Source of the DNA: Podarcis muralis
Taxonomy: Eukaryota
NCBI RefSeq assembly: GCF_964188315.1
Contig: NC_135657.1
Span: forward strand, 37,820,001-37,884,000
Length of the DNA: 64,000 nt
Direction of reading: 5' to 3'
This document shows, piece by piece, positions 63,250 through 64,000 of the stretch; positions within the stretch are counted from its first letter, which is position 1, and each line of letters starts with the position of its first letter. The notes under the pieces were generated by a model. It made no database searches, was not told the DNA's origin, and saw only the letters and a list, made by a program, of their open reading frames with translations. The position numbers and the translations under genes are program-made.

Positions 63250-64000
63250 TCAGCTATAGTGTTTATGTTAATAATGGCAGGTAAGAGGGGAAGGTGGGCT
63301 GAGGTTGCTTGACTGGTTGCAGATGGGGATTTTAACTTGCAACCACCTCATTCCTGGGTAAATACTGTGCAAGTCACAAGGATTTCACTTGCCTCAATTG
63401 AGACTGGTCAGAGCGGCTATAGCAATGAGGCAGTGGGCACATTGATGGCAGTCTGACCCAGAGGATTGGTGCTGGTACAGCATCCTCCACAACACTATTT
63501 TAACACTTTCCAGTAGCTGGTTAAATTGGTTTCTTGGGTGCAGGTAATGTAAAACCCACAATACATTCTAGCTCCGTGCATTGCATTGCTTGGAGAAGCC
63601 AGTGCATCTGTAATATAATCGGCTCCTTCCTATGGCGAAAGACAGTGACTTTGCTGAAGGATAAAAACAGACAAAGAAAACTTTGTTATGACAAGAGATC
63701 AAATGGCAAGAAAAGGGCCCAGAAAGCCCAGATGAGCCACGATGTCTCCCCAGATAAGAGAGGAGAAAGAGAATGGAAATGAAGGTAGACAAGGCATGCA
63801 TTGGAAGCAATGGAAAGGAAAGGTTAATGTAGGCAGGACAGTGGGTTGAATGGATGGCACAATCAAACTAGGCAATTATCTAATCTTTGCTGGCCATCTC
63901 AGTGTGAGGAGAGCTCAGCTGACGTATGCCTGAATAAAACATGGCATCGTGCAAAGGAGCTCCCAGGGGTGTTAGGTCAAACATTAAAAAGCTAGAAATA

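Noticed and set aside
1-64000. CRISPR arrays, rRNA genes, autonomous transposase, named host gene
   Set aside because: No repeat-spacer arrays, rRNA-like sequence, DDE transposase ORF or recognisable host exon seen

Overview
Vertebrate nuclear DNA, most likely a lacertid lizard (inferred from Sauria SINE subfamilies, BovB, and CR1/L2 LINEs with microsatellite tails). The window is repeat-rich and looks intergenic or deep-intronic. I could not confidently identify any host protein-coding exon, and nearly all short ORFs in the track look like noise or repeat-derived. The only convincing long reading frame is a 5'-truncated L2-clade reverse transcriptase on the minus strand (stop-free 18765-21083; first ATG 20912). 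The most notable structure is a three-level nest at about 18385-21200. A Penelope-derived fold-back palindrome carries two minimal hammerhead ribozyme motifs, one per arm on opposite strands. A pogo/Tigger-like MITE inserted into it, and the L2 then inserted into the MITE. Other highlights: a 1000-bp hAT element with an extra internal TIR and CpG-island-like cargo (15845-16844), two hAT-like elements carrying a captured L2 3' end, a 57-bp near-perfect hairpin (59050-59182), several tRNA-headed SINE families, a Gypsy-like solo LTR, and several candidate conserved non-coding elements. There are two assembly gaps. Family names come from motif recognition, not database searches.
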